From a virus (Duplodnaviria; Caudoviricetes), in IMG/VR virus record IMGVR_UViG_3300011339_000778, positions 1 to 24,776 of that record: a stretch of 24,776 nt of DNA. One strand, 5' to 3'. The position numbers and the translations under genes are program-made. The notes beneath the pieces are model-generated. The model was not told where the DNA came from. It saw only the letters and a list, made by a program, of their open reading frames with translations, and ran no database searches. Shown piece by piece: positions 8,673-17,665 of this stretch (position 1 is its first letter; the number at the start of each line of letters is the position of its first letter).

Positions 8673-10027
8673 GCAAGATGTCACCAACAGAGTTCTGTGT
8701 GAAGGTGCTGGGAGTGATCCCATACTTCTGGCAATGTGAGGCAATGGAGTCTGTTGCCATGGAGCAACCCACCAGTGTGGTGGCTGCCAATGGATCTGGC
8801 AAGACTGCACGATTGGTGGCACCTCTGATCTTGTGGTTCCTGCATGAATATCCCCAAGGGCAATGTGTCTTCACCTCTGGATCTTGGATGCAGATTGAGA
8901 AGCAGCTCATGCCAGCAGTCAAAGTCTTTTGTGGTAAGTTCCCACACTGGGAATTTATGGCAACTGAGATTCGCACACCGTCTGGTGGTGTTGCCTTCGG
9001 GTTCTCCACAGACAATGCTGGCAGAGCAGAAGGTCATCACCCAAAGATCAGTGGTGAAGTGGATCCTGTGTTTCTGATTATCGACGAGGCAAAGACTGTG
9101 CCTGATGCCATCTTTGAAGCATTTGATCGATGCACCAGACGCTTTGAGTTGTGGGTGTCATCCACTGGGTCACCTCGTGGGCAGTTTTACGATAGTTTCC
9201 ACAAAAACGCAGCACAGTATTGGACCAGAAAGGTGCCAAGCACAGAATGCCCTCACATCAGTGCAGAGAAAAGAGAGTTGGATCTGATCAAATATGGCGA
9301 GGGTCATCCACTCTACAGATCCAAACATCTGGCAGAGTTCACTGAGGATCTCGACCGTCTGGTCCTATCGGCACCGGCACTGCGGTCTGCCCTCGACACC
9401 CAGCCGGTGGAGAACGAGGTTGGCGAGGTGGTCGCGTTCTGTGACTTTGCTGCTGGGCGAGATGAGAACGTGCTGTGCATCCGCAGAGGCAATAAGGCAC
9501 GGATCATCAAAGCATGGGTGGAGAAGGACACAGTGCAAGCAGCAAGAGAATTTGTGCAGATGTTCACCGATGAGAAGTTGTCTGCCGGTCAGATCTGGGG
9601 AGATGCTGATGGACTCGGCACCGGGTTCATCGATCAATTCGCTGAGATGGGATGGCACATCAATAGGTTCCATGGTGGTCAGACCAGCACAGAGAAGGAT
9701 GAGTATGCCAATCTCATTGCACAGGTCTGGCATGTAGGTGCCAGAGACATTGAGAGAGGCAGGATCAACCTTGGGCAACTGGACACCAAGACCTTTGAGC
9801 AGTTGACCACCAGAAAGTCAGAGTGGAATGAGACTGGCAAACTTCGGTGTGAGTCAAAAGAGAAGATGGCAATACACGGACTGAAGTCACCAGACAGAGC
9901 AGATGCACTGCTTGGGTGCATTGTGATGGGATCAAGGATCACCGGTGCCATGGGTAGTGCGACAGTGGTCAGCACAAGCAAGTCAGCATTCAAACCCAGA
10001 GCAGTCAAAGGGTTCAACACCATCTGA
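8669..10027 (+). CDS. terL: Terminase large subunit
   Basis: Walker A ANGSGKT, Walker B FLIIDEA, coupling motif SST, nuclease residues CDFAAGRDE, DADGLG, SPDRADAL. Confidence 0.93.
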   Translation: MSKMSPTEFCVKVLGVIPYFWQCEAMESVAMEQPTSVVAANGSGKTARLVAPLILWFLHEYPQGQCVFTSGSWMQIEKQLMPAVKVFCGKFPHWEFMATEIRTPSGGVAFGFSTDNAGRAEGHHPKISGEVDPVFLIIDEAKTVPDAIFEAFDRCTRRFELWVSSTGSPRGQFYDSFHKNAAQYWTRKVPSTECPHISAEKRELDLIKYGEGHPLYRSKHLAEFTEDLDRLVLSAPALRSALDTQPVENEVGEVVAFCDFAAGRDENVLCIRRGNKARIIKAWVEKDTVQAAREFVQMFTDEKLSAGQIWGDADGLGTGFIDQFAEMGWHINRFHGGQTSTEKDEYANLIAQVWHVGARDIERGRINLGQLDTKTFEQLTTRKSEWNETGKLRCESKEKMAIHGLKSPDRADALLGCIVMGSRITGAMGSATVVSTSKSAFKPRAVKGFNTI

Positions 10028-10095
10028 CACCTTTTATATAAGATACCACACGCTTTTCCTTCCCACCGGCACTGGTCTGTGCTATTGGTCAACCC

Positions 10096-11736
10096 ATGAC
10101 GAAAGACGAGAAAAAAGGTGTCGTGACACCACTGCCAGCATCATATCGCACACAGGACTTTGACCTTGCCAACGTGACACCAGAACAGGTGCGGTCAATC
10201 CTCCGCAATGTTCGCACCGGCAGACTTGAAGATCAAGACAGACTCTTCCGTCTGATGCTCGACTCATGGAGCAGATTGCGTAAGTGCTTGAATGAGGTCA
10301 GTGGTGCAGTGGCATCTCTGCCAATCATGATCTACCCGGCAATCAGAGAAGGTGAAGAAGAACCAACACCAGAAGCACTGAGGATCCATGAAGTGGTGGA
10401 ACGTGCGCTTGAATCATATGCACCCAGACCAGCATACTTAGAACTGGACGGCATGGGGATGATCAAGGCAATGGTGGACGCATATGCCAAGGGCATCAGT
10501 GTGGTTGAGATCCTCTGGCATGTAGAGAATGGTGTGGTGTCCCCTCGGTGCTTCTGTCCTGTTCCTGCAAAATATCTTGCATATCCGCAAGACTCAAATC
10601 AGATAGACAGATTGATGGTGGCACCCAATGGTGTGGCACAAGGAGTGCTGGAGGATTTCCCAGCAGATAAATTTTTGATTGGCATCTGGCAACAAGGTGG
10701 CATTCATCCGATTCACTGCGGCAATCTCAGAGCATTGACCAAACAGTGGCTCGGTGCCATCTATGGCATGGGATGGTTGATGCAATACGCACAACTCTTT
10801 GGCATCCCATGGCGGCACATTGAGACAGACGGCAGCGATGGTGCTATGACTGCTGCACAGGAGTTGTTGGAGGGCATCGGATCATCTGGTGCTGCTGTCA
10901 CCGGTCCCAACGTCAAGCTCAATGTGCTGGATGGTGTGAGTGGATCCGCAGCAACAATGCCACAGTCTCACTTGATGGACATCGCTGACAAAGCGTGTGA
11001 CATTCTGATGCTCGGTCAGACGCTCACCACAGATGTTGGTGCCAGCGGCAGCCGGGCATTGGGTGATGTCCATGCCTCGGTCAGATCCGATATCCTTCAA
11101 TCAGTGGCAACATGGGTGAGTGGGATCTACACCAACCAGTTGATCCCAGCCATTGTGCAACTCAACTTTGGCAAGGTGGCAAGTGAAGATCTGCCCTATG
11201 CCACACTGGAGATCCCTGTGCCGAAGGACCAGAAAGCAATCGCAGAGAGACTCAAGATCATCAGTGAGATTGGTCTGCCTGTCACACTGAAGTGGGCATA
11301 TGAAGAAATGGGGATCCCAGAACCACAGGACGGTGACACACTACTTGGTGAGGCACCACCGCAGATGGATCTGGCAGATCCCATTGTGCCAGACCCAATC
11401 ACACCGGCACCAGTGGATCCAGAAGATCCAGAGGATCCAGAGGATGATCTAGAAGATGAGCCAATATCTGATCTGATACCAACACCAGAGATGGCACAGG
11501 CAGCACAGGCAGCACTCGAAGCCAGACGCATTGCACCAATCGGTCAGCGTGGCATGACTGCGGCTGGTCTGCAAAGGGCGCGTGACATCGCGGCTGGTGT
11601 CGAGTTGACACAGGCAGCCCGGAACAAGATGAAGTCATTCTTTGCAACAGCAGAGTCTGGTGAGGTGGGATCCAAACAGTGGCAGACATACCAAGGATGG
11701 GGTGGTGATGCTGGCAAAGAATGGAGCAACAAATGA
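10096..11736 (+). CDS. Mu gp29-like (DUF935) portal protein with extra C-terminal domain
   Basis: DAYAKGISVVEILW, WLMQYAQLFGIP, LGQTLTT..GSRALGDVH, QLIPAIVQLNFG motifs; follows TerL. Confidence 0.9.
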   Translation: MTKDEKKGVVTPLPASYRTQDFDLANVTPEQVRSILRNVRTGRLEDQDRLFRLMLDSWSRLRKCLNEVSGAVASLPIMIYPAIREGEEEPTPEALRIHEVVERALESYAPRPAYLELDGMGMIKAMVDAYAKGISVVEILWHVENGVVSPRCFCPVPAKYLAYPQDSNQIDRLMVAPNGVAQGVLEDFPADKFLIGIWQQGGIHPIHCGNLRALTKQWLGAIYGMGWLMQYAQLFGIPWRHIETDGSDGAMTAAQELLEGIGSSGAAVTGPNVKLNVLDGVSGSAATMPQSHLMDIADKACDILMLGQTLTTDVGASGSRALGDVHASVRSDILQSVATWVSGIYTNQLIPAIVQLNFGKVASEDLPYATLEIPVPKDQKAIAERLKIISEIGLPVTLKWAYEEMGIPEPQDGDTLLGEAPPQMDLADPIVPDPITPAPVDPEDPEDPEDDLEDEPISDLIPTPEMAQAAQAALEARRIAPIGQRGMTAAGLQRARDIAAGVELTQAARNKMKSFFATAESGEVGSKQWQTYQGWGGDAGKEWSNK

Positions 11737-11975
11737 TGACAGAAGAACAACTGGCAGAGGTGTCAGCAAAATGGCTGTCACCCATTGATGAGGTGATTGC
11801 TGACCTCGTTGACAAATCACAAAGGATGACCATCGGTGCATTTATGCGAGAAGTTGATGAGGTGGTCTTGAGGATCCCTGATCTGTGGGAACGTCTCGAC
11901 ATCACATCACTTGAGGAGTCACTCAATGATGAGATGGTCAATGCATTTGTCAAACCACTGGAAAAAATACTATGA
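11733..11975 (+). CDS. Small acidic helical protein, possibly a detached portal C-terminal segment
   Basis: ATGA overlap with portal stop (ORF-track start 11721); WLSPIDEVI...F...IPDL...D...LEESL pattern. Confidence 0.65.
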   Translation: MMTEEQLAEVSAKWLSPIDEVIADLVDKSQRMTIGAFMREVDEVVLRIPDLWERLDITSLEESLNDEMVNAFVKPLEKIL

Positions 11976-12568
11976 GCATAAAAACCACCATCACTGTCAC
12001 TGGTCTGGACAAGGTCACATCATCGATGCTGAAGTTGCAAGACATAGGTGTCAGGAGAAGGGCAATCTACATGGGTTCACTCAATGCACTTGATGTGGTG
12101 AGAAAATACTATGGTGTTGGAGGCAGTGCCATGTGGAGTGGCAATGGACCCACACAAGGTGCTGGACGTAAAAAGACACAGTGGTGGAGAAAGGTGGCAT
12201 ATAATTGGTCAATAAAAAATGCATCATCTGTTGGTGTGACACTGTCCAACATCAACACCGATGGATTCTCTCACAAGATCACCGGTGGCACGATCAGTGC
12301 AAAACGTGCTAAGTTCTTGACCATCCCCATTGTCCCAGAAGCGCATGGTCTATCTGCCAAGACCTACAGCAAGACAATCAAACCATTGTTTCGTGTGAAG
12401 AATCTGTTGGTCCAAGAAGAGAAAGATGGCAAGATCAAACCCATCTTTGTCCTGAAGAAATCAGTGACACAGAAGGCATGGAAAGGTGCATTGCCACCAG
12501 AAAAAACATACTTGGATGCATACGCTGCTGGTGTGCTGGACACACTCATTGCAGAATCTGAAAAATAA
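11972..12568 (+). CDS. Virion morphogenesis protein (Mu gpG-like position)
   Basis: Basic 198-aa protein with GGTISAKRAKFLTIP and FVLKKSV motifs, between portal and protease. Confidence 0.6.
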   Translation: MSIKTTITVTGLDKVTSSMLKLQDIGVRRRAIYMGSLNALDVVRKYYGVGGSAMWSGNGPTQGAGRKKTQWWRKVAYNWSIKNASSVGVTLSNINTDGFSHKITGGTISAKRAKFLTIPIVPEAHGLSAKTYSKTIKPLFRVKNLLVQEEKDGKIKPIFVLKKSVTQKAWKGALPPEKTYLDAYAAGVLDTLIAESEK

Positions 12569-12609
12569 GACTAACGAGAATGTCAGTGTGGTGGTAATTT
12601 ACACACAAG

Positions 12610-13593
12610 TTGAGCGCAGAACACATCACAGCAGCATTTGGAAACGGCATTGATTCTTTGACGGAGTCAATCGTTTATTTGCCCGAAGGTGTGCATGAGA
12701 TCCATGCAACAGTGAATGGCAAACCACAGAAGCGCACGGTCACAGTTGACCAGCGTGTGTTGGCATCATTTGCTGAGGATCTTGCATCAAGACTTGCTCG
12801 CAATGTCAGACCCTTTGCAGGGTTTGATCATGCAGCCGGTGCTGCATCATTCTTGCCAAAAGAGTTCCGCTATGAACACGGCACCGGGTTGGTGCTAGAT
12901 GTCGAGTGGACATCTGCTGGCAAGTCTGCCATCGAAGGCAAAGACTACTCATACTTCTCACCAAACTTCCTGCTGATAAATGGCATCCCTGCTGGTCTTG
13001 CCAAACATGGCGAGATTGGCTCGCTTGTCAATGAACCGGCATTTGAGGCGATGGAGAAAATCGCAGCATCTTACAACATCAACACAGAAAAAAATATGGA
13101 CATCGATTATTTGGTAGAACTGGGTTTGGTCCCAGAAGGACAGGATCCACTGACAGCAATGGACGTGGCGAAGGCAACACTTGCAACTCTACGTGAGGAC
13201 ACCGTCATGGCATCGCACGTTGAGACAATCCAAGCACAACTTGATGCAGCAGTTGCTGAGAAAGATGTTGCTTGTGGACAAGTCGAGGATCTCACCAAAC
13301 AGGTTGACGATCTCAAGGTCCAAGCAGAGAAAGCAGATGATGAGAAGATCGAAGAGATCCTCACTGATGCAGTTGAAGCTGGACGCATCGCACCACAGGA
13401 CGACAGCAGCAAATCCTTCTGGAGAAAGTCAATCAAAGCAGACAAGTCTGCCGTTGACATTCTCAAAGCACTTCCTGCCAAGCCAATCAATGGCGAGGTG
13501 ATTCTTGCTGGCAAAGCAAGTGCGGAAAACAAACAAACAACTCTCACAGGTATTGCTCGCGTAGAAGCAGCATTCAAAAACAATCAACAATAA
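12610..13593 (+). CDS. Mu gpI-like prohead protease/scaffold
   Basis: YLPEG, FDH, VEWT..GK.AIEGKDYSYFSP, SLVNEPAF motifs; acidic coiled-coil C-half with AVEAGRIAP; TTG start uncertain. Confidence 0.88.
   Translation: MSAEHITAAFGNGIDSLTESIVYLPEGVHEIHATVNGKPQKRTVTVDQRVLASFAEDLASRLARNVRPFAGFDHAAGAASFLPKEFRYEHGTGLVLDVEWTSAGKSAIEGKDYSYFSPNFLLINGIPAGLAKHGEIGSLVNEPAFEAMEKIAASYNINTEKNMDIDYLVELGLVPEGQDPLTAMDVAKATLATLREDTVMASHVETIQAQLDAAVAEKDVACGQVEDLTKQVDDLKVQAEKADDEKIEEILTDAVEAGRIAPQDDSSKSFWRKSIKADKSAVDILKALPAKPINGEVILAGKASAENKQTTLTGIARVEAAFKNNQQ
13096..13593 (+). CDS. Nested in-frame scaffolding protein (Mu gpZ-like), 165 aa
   Basis: In-frame ATG preceded by AAAAAAAT, the same leader as the capsid gene, at the protease/coiled-coil boundary. 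Confidence 0.65.
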   Translation: MDIDYLVELGLVPEGQDPLTAMDVAKATLATLREDTVMASHVETIQAQLDAAVAEKDVACGQVEDLTKQVDDLKVQAEKADDEKIEEILTDAVEAGRIAPQDDSSKSFWRKSIKADKSAVDILKALPAKPINGEVILAGKASAENKQTTLTGIARVEAAFKNNQQ

Positions 13594-13599
13594 AAAAAT

Positions 13600-14538
13600 A
13601 TGTCATTATCACTCCTTGATCTTGCAAAACTAAATGGGTCCGACCAAGTTGTTGGACTAATCGAAGAAGTCGCCAACACATCCCCAGAGGTGACTATCAT
13701 CCCTGCTCGCACCATCCGTGGCACTAGCTACAAGACGGTGACTCGCAACACCCGTCCATCCGTGGGCTTCCGCGCTGCCAATGAAGGCACTGCTGGCAGT
13801 TCGTCGATGTTCACTGAGCGGCTCGTTGAGTGCTTTATCCTCTCTGCTCGCGTAGAGATCGACAAAGCCATTGCGCGTGGCTACGAGGACGGACCAGAAG
13901 CACTCCAAGCAATTGAGGCAGTTGGCACGATGAAAGCAGCACTCAGCACTGTTGGATCACAAACGATCTACGGCACAAGCAACAGCACCAAAGGTTTCCT
14001 TGGTCTGCAAGAGTTGCTTGCCACCTTCGGATCTGACCTTGTAGTTGATGCCGGTGGCACGACTGCTGACACTGGATCCAGTGTGTATGCCATCCAAGCA
14101 GGTGTTCAAGGTGTTCAATATGTTTACGGCAACGGCACGACCTTTGACTTGTCACCGTTCCGTGAAGGTGATGCAGTTGACTCAGGCGGCACCAATCGCT
14201 TCGCAGCACTCATCGCAGACCTCACATCATGGATTGGTTTGCAGTGTGTGAACAAGTTCGCAGTTGGACGTTTGAAAGATGCCACTGCTGACTCTGGCAA
14301 AGGTGTCACCGATGCCAAGATCGCAGAACTCATCAGCAAGTTCCCAATCGGTCAGACTCCAACGCATTTGCTGATGAATCGCCGCAGTGCTTTCCAACTT
14401 TCAACAAGTCGTGTGACGGCACCGAACAGCAAGCAAGAAGCATTCACTGGCATCATCCCATTCGGTATGCCAACGGAATCCTTCGGCATCCCCATCATCA
14501 TCACCGACTCCATTGTCTCAACTGAGGCACTCAGCTAA
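13600..14538 (+). CDS. Major capsid protein
   Basis: 312 aa after protease; SLLDLAK, FRAANEG, IYG....KGFLGL, LLMNR, FGIPIIITDSI..TEA pattern typical of HK97-fold capsids. Confidence 0.88.
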   Translation: MSLSLLDLAKLNGSDQVVGLIEEVANTSPEVTIIPARTIRGTSYKTVTRNTRPSVGFRAANEGTAGSSSMFTERLVECFILSARVEIDKAIARGYEDGPEALQAIEAVGTMKAALSTVGSQTIYGTSNSTKGFLGLQELLATFGSDLVVDAGGTTADTGSSVYAIQAGVQGVQYVYGNGTTFDLSPFREGDAVDSGGTNRFAALIADLTSWIGLQCVNKFAVGRLKDATADSGKGVTDAKIAELISKFPIGQTPTHLLMNRRSAFQLSTSRVTAPNSKQEAFTGIIPFGMPTESFGIPIIITDSIVSTEALS

Positions 14539-14556
14539 TTCCAACCATAAAAATAT

Positions 14557-14949
14557 ATGTCATTTGAATTTAATCGCAATCAACAAGACCTTCGTTATAG
14601 CAACAGCACTGCACTCCACACCACCGCAGCAAACTCAGCATCTTTGGATCTTGAGCAAGTAGTTGGTGGTGACATTGAGCGCATCGTTGGTGAAGTAGTT
14701 TCACCAGCATCTGTTGCGACCACTGGCAAAATCTGCACCTACACTCTGCAAGACTCTGCTGACAACTCAGCATGGGCAGCAGTTGATCCAGCAGTGACCA
14801 CCACAATCACTGCTGCTTCCTCAGCACTCGCAGCAAAGACTGTGCGTTTCCGCTTCCCTCCAAATGTTCGCCGGTATGTTCGTATCGCACAAACTGGTGA
14901 CACCCTTGGGTCCGTAGCTGGATCCTTCACCTTCAAGGTGTTGTTCTAA
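14557..14949 (+). CDS. Capsid cement/decoration protein
   Basis: 130-aa beta-rich protein with SLDL, LQDSADNSAW, RRYVRI motifs directly after capsid gene. Confidence 0.7.
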   Translation: MSFEFNRNQQDLRYSNSTALHTTAANSASLDLEQVVGGDIERIVGEVVSPASVATTGKICTYTLQDSADNSAWAAVDPAVTTTITAASSALAAKTVRFRFPPNVRRYVRIAQTGDTLGSVAGSFTFKVLF

Positions 14950-14986
14950 AATTCTGTTTCTGTTTCATAGCGTATTGTAAAGTGAG

Positions 14987-15030
14987 AGGGTGGTAGTGGG
15001 TAAATCCCTGCTGCCACCCTTGATCTTTAT
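14987..15030 (+). terminator. GC-rich hairpin after capsid/cement genes (terminator or mRNA stabiliser)
   Basis: AGGGTGGTAGTGGG-TAAAT-CCCTGCTGCCACCCT with two G-U pairs and one bulge; weak U-tract. Confidence 0.6.
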
Positions 15031-15050
15031 CAATTCAAATATCTCACATC

Positions 15051-15503
15051 ATGGCTTGGACTATTCTCACTTACTCAGGACTCAAGGACAGACTCTCATC
15101 TGAGGAGTTGTCGAGACTGTTGGCAGAATGCCCAACACCAGAGGAGAAGGCAGATGAGATCCTGACCGCAGTGGCACAAGAGGTTGTGTCCAGAGTCAAT
15201 GCCGGACGCAGAAAGCGTGGTCTGCCACCACTGGTCAATACTGGTCTATATATCCCCTACGGTGCCAGTCGTCACTCATATGTGCTTGCTCGCAGAGAAC
15301 TCACTGACTCATACCCGGCACTGGCAGAGTTCAACGGTGAGGATCGCAAAGACTCGGTCCAAGAAGCCAACAATTATCTTGAGGCACTTTCTGACAACAA
15401 TGCTGACAGCGATGACACAGGTGCTTCTGCATTTGTGGTGTCATCAAGTGGATCCTTCCGCATCAGTGGCAGCACACTAATGGACTTCTCAGAATCACCA
15501 TGA
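15051..15503 (+). CDS. Head-tail adaptor (Mu gp36/DUF1320-like)
   Basis: MAW..LT...L..RLS.EEL start, helical, A..YLEAL motif; position after capsid module. Confidence 0.7.
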   Translation: MAWTILTYSGLKDRLSSEELSRLLAECPTPEEKADEILTAVAQEVVSRVNAGRRKRGLPPLVNTGLYIPYGASRHSYVLARRELTDSYPALAEFNGEDRKDSVQEANNYLEALSDNNADSDDTGASAFVVSSSGSFRISGSTLMDFSESP

Positions 15504-15991
15504 CCAACAGCATCATCAGACAGATTGTCGAGAGCATCGCAGCAACACTCACTGCTCATGCTTACTTTCGCACATTGCCAGTGATCCCTGTCATCGTTGA
15601 GGATCATCGTGACATCGATCAGCAAATTGAGAAGGCGATGAACTCATGTGGTGCCTTTGTTCTGGTCAACTTCGCCAACTCCAACACAGACACACCTGAC
15701 ACACCCGGACCATACATGGATCAATGTGAGTTTGTCTGCACAGTGGCTGAGATCCCCAGTGTGTGGAGGCAGCAAGTTGGCAATCAATCAAAGCCATCAT
15801 GCACAGAGATTGCTGAGGCAGTCTCTCGGATCCTTCACCACCACACACCATTGGACAAAGATGGTGATCCACTCACCGGTGGTGTCCTAATTTTCGACGG
15901 CATGGCACAAGATGCCATCCCACCAATGCTTCAACAAATCATCAGATTCAATTGTCCAGTAGGACTTCACAACACAACTCCAACAAGATAG
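15500..15991 (+). CDS. Neck/tail completion protein
   Basis: 163 aa, ATGA-coupled, directly before tail tube; synteny only. Confidence 0.55.
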   Translation: MTNSIIRQIVESIAATLTAHAYFRTLPVIPVIVEDHRDIDQQIEKAMNSCGAFVLVNFANSNTDTPDTPGPYMDQCEFVCTVAEIPSVWRQQVGNQSKPSCTEIAEAVSRILHHHTPLDKDGDPLTGGVLIFDGMAQDAIPPMLQQIIRFNCPVGLHNTTPTR

Positions 15992-15997
15992 AACATC

Positions 15998-16909
15998 ATG
16001 CCAACATTCGATAGAACAACAATTGTGCGCGGACCTTGCAAGGTCACTTATGAATCACAAACATTTTACAGCAAAGGTGCTGTGGTCTTGACCACTGCCA
16101 TCACTACTTTTGACAAAGTGGCAGATGCATATGGTCCTGTGGGGAAAGCAAAAACTGACTACACCATCACCGTGGAGTTTGAGCCAACTGGTGAGATCGA
16201 AGCACTCGCAGTGCTTTATCCACACGGCAACACAGCAATGGGTGCCAGCATCTACGGCTCGACTGACAAACCACTGGTGATTGTGGCAGCAGATAAAACA
16301 TACACCATACTCAATGCTCAGATCACACAGATGCCAGCGATCAAGTGCAGTGCGAACAACACAGCATTTGGATCTGTTCAATTCACTGGTCTACTCAAAA
16401 AAGCAGGTGACCCTGCACTGCTCATTGACTACATGACATCTGGTGCTGGTGCATCTATCGGCACAGGGTTTGTCCCGGGTAACATCATCACAGCACCATA
16501 CCAAGCCACACTTGGTGCAGTGGCAGCATTCTTCTCTGCAGAAGGGTTTGACATCTCGTTTGATCTGTCACTCAACCCAGTCATGGTGGACGGCATTGGC
16601 ACAGTGGATATGACCCTCGGATCTCTTGGGTGCAACATCACATGTGTGCCAACCGGACCAACACAAACTGATTTTGATACATTCTTCAACTTGCTGGATG
16701 CCGGTGAGGATCTGAGCAGCAGCGTTCTAGAAATCAAAACTGCCACAGTGGGTGGACTGGACTTTGACTGTGCCGCAGTGCAGGTCATCGATCTTGTGCG
16801 AAACTTCAGTGCTGGTGACAATCGACTTGGCACACTCAATCTTGCAGCAAAACGCACATTCTCCGCAGGCGCACCAGTGGCATTGTTTGCAGTGGCAGCG
16901 GTATCATAA
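15998..16909 (+). CDS. Major tail tube protein (probable)
   Basis: 303-aa beta-rich, Thr/Gly/Ala-rich protein between neck genes and tape measure. Confidence 0.65.
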   Translation: MPTFDRTTIVRGPCKVTYESQTFYSKGAVVLTTAITTFDKVADAYGPVGKAKTDYTITVEFEPTGEIEALAVLYPHGNTAMGASIYGSTDKPLVIVAADKTYTILNAQITQMPAIKCSANNTAFGSVQFTGLLKKAGDPALLIDYMTSGAGASIGTGFVPGNIITAPYQATLGAVAAFFSAEGFDISFDLSLNPVMVDGIGTVDMTLGSLGCNITCVPTGPTQTDFDTFFNLLDAGEDLSSSVLEIKTATVGGLDFDCAAVQVIDLVRNFSAGDNRLGTLNLAAKRTFSAGAPVALFAVAAVS

Positions 16910-16915
16910 TAAAAT

Positions 16916-17665
16916 ATGTATGTCTCAATCCAACGTGGTTCTGTTCTCTTTGTCCTTGCCGGTGGCGATGGGCAAAGATCAGAAACGTCAAATTTGAGGA
17001 TCTCATCAGAGACAAATTTCCAGCAGTCAGCATACATTGAGGCGGCAGAGTTTGTGCAGTTCTACAGAGGAGGTGCAGCAACGACTGTGTCCTTCTCATC
17101 GATCTTGACCTTCTCCACGGTGGCAGAGGCAGAGACATATTTGCTCAACACACCGCAGGGTCTGCTCAACCAGTTGGACATGACTGCCACACTCGGCAGA
17201 CTGACAGCGGCTGGCACCCGGCAAGTTGAAACTCTGACGTGTGTTGGTAATGCCAGCATCAATGGCAACATCGACTGGGCATTGACTGCGGCTGATGGCA
17301 ATGCCAGTGGATCTGTAGCAGTTCTCAGTGGTGACACACCCACACTGTATGCACCCAAGATTGCAGCATCGCTGAATGCCAGTGCTGCCTTCTCTGTGTC
17401 CAACATGGCAACGAGTTCTGGCACCACAGTGATTGTGACCAAACGTAATGCGGCTGCCAATGATGGCACTCTGGCATTGGTCACGACAAACGGATCCCCC
17501 AATCCAACCATCACCGGTGCCACCAGCGCAGACACCACTGCCGGTGTTGCACCAACAATCAGCAACTCGGTCACACTCAATGATGTGAGTGCCATGGTGG
17601 ATCTCTCACAACAGGGTGTGGCAATCACACAAAACGTCACAATCCTTGGCAAATATGGCAGCTAA
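16916..17665 (+). CDS. Tail structural protein with inserted Thr/Ala-rich beta domain
   Basis: 249 aa; central AGTRQVETLTCVG...TTAGVAPT segment is low-charge and Ig-like in composition. Confidence 0.55.
   Translation: MYVSIQRGSVLFVLAGGDGQRSETSNLRISSETNFQQSAYIEAAEFVQFYRGGAATTVSFSSILTFSTVAEAETYLLNTPQGLLNQLDMTATLGRLTAAGTRQVETLTCVGNASINGNIDWALTAADGNASGSVAVLSGDTPTLYAPKIAASLNASAAFSVSNMATSSGTTVIVTKRNAAANDGTLALVTTNGSPNPTITGATSADTTAGVAPTISNSVTLNDVSAMVDLSQQGVAITQNVTILGKYGS

Noticed and set aside
17589-17654. ORF-track start of the tape measure gene
   Set aside because: Overlaps the upstream gene; ATG 17655 has the A-rich leader and a typical TMP N-terminus
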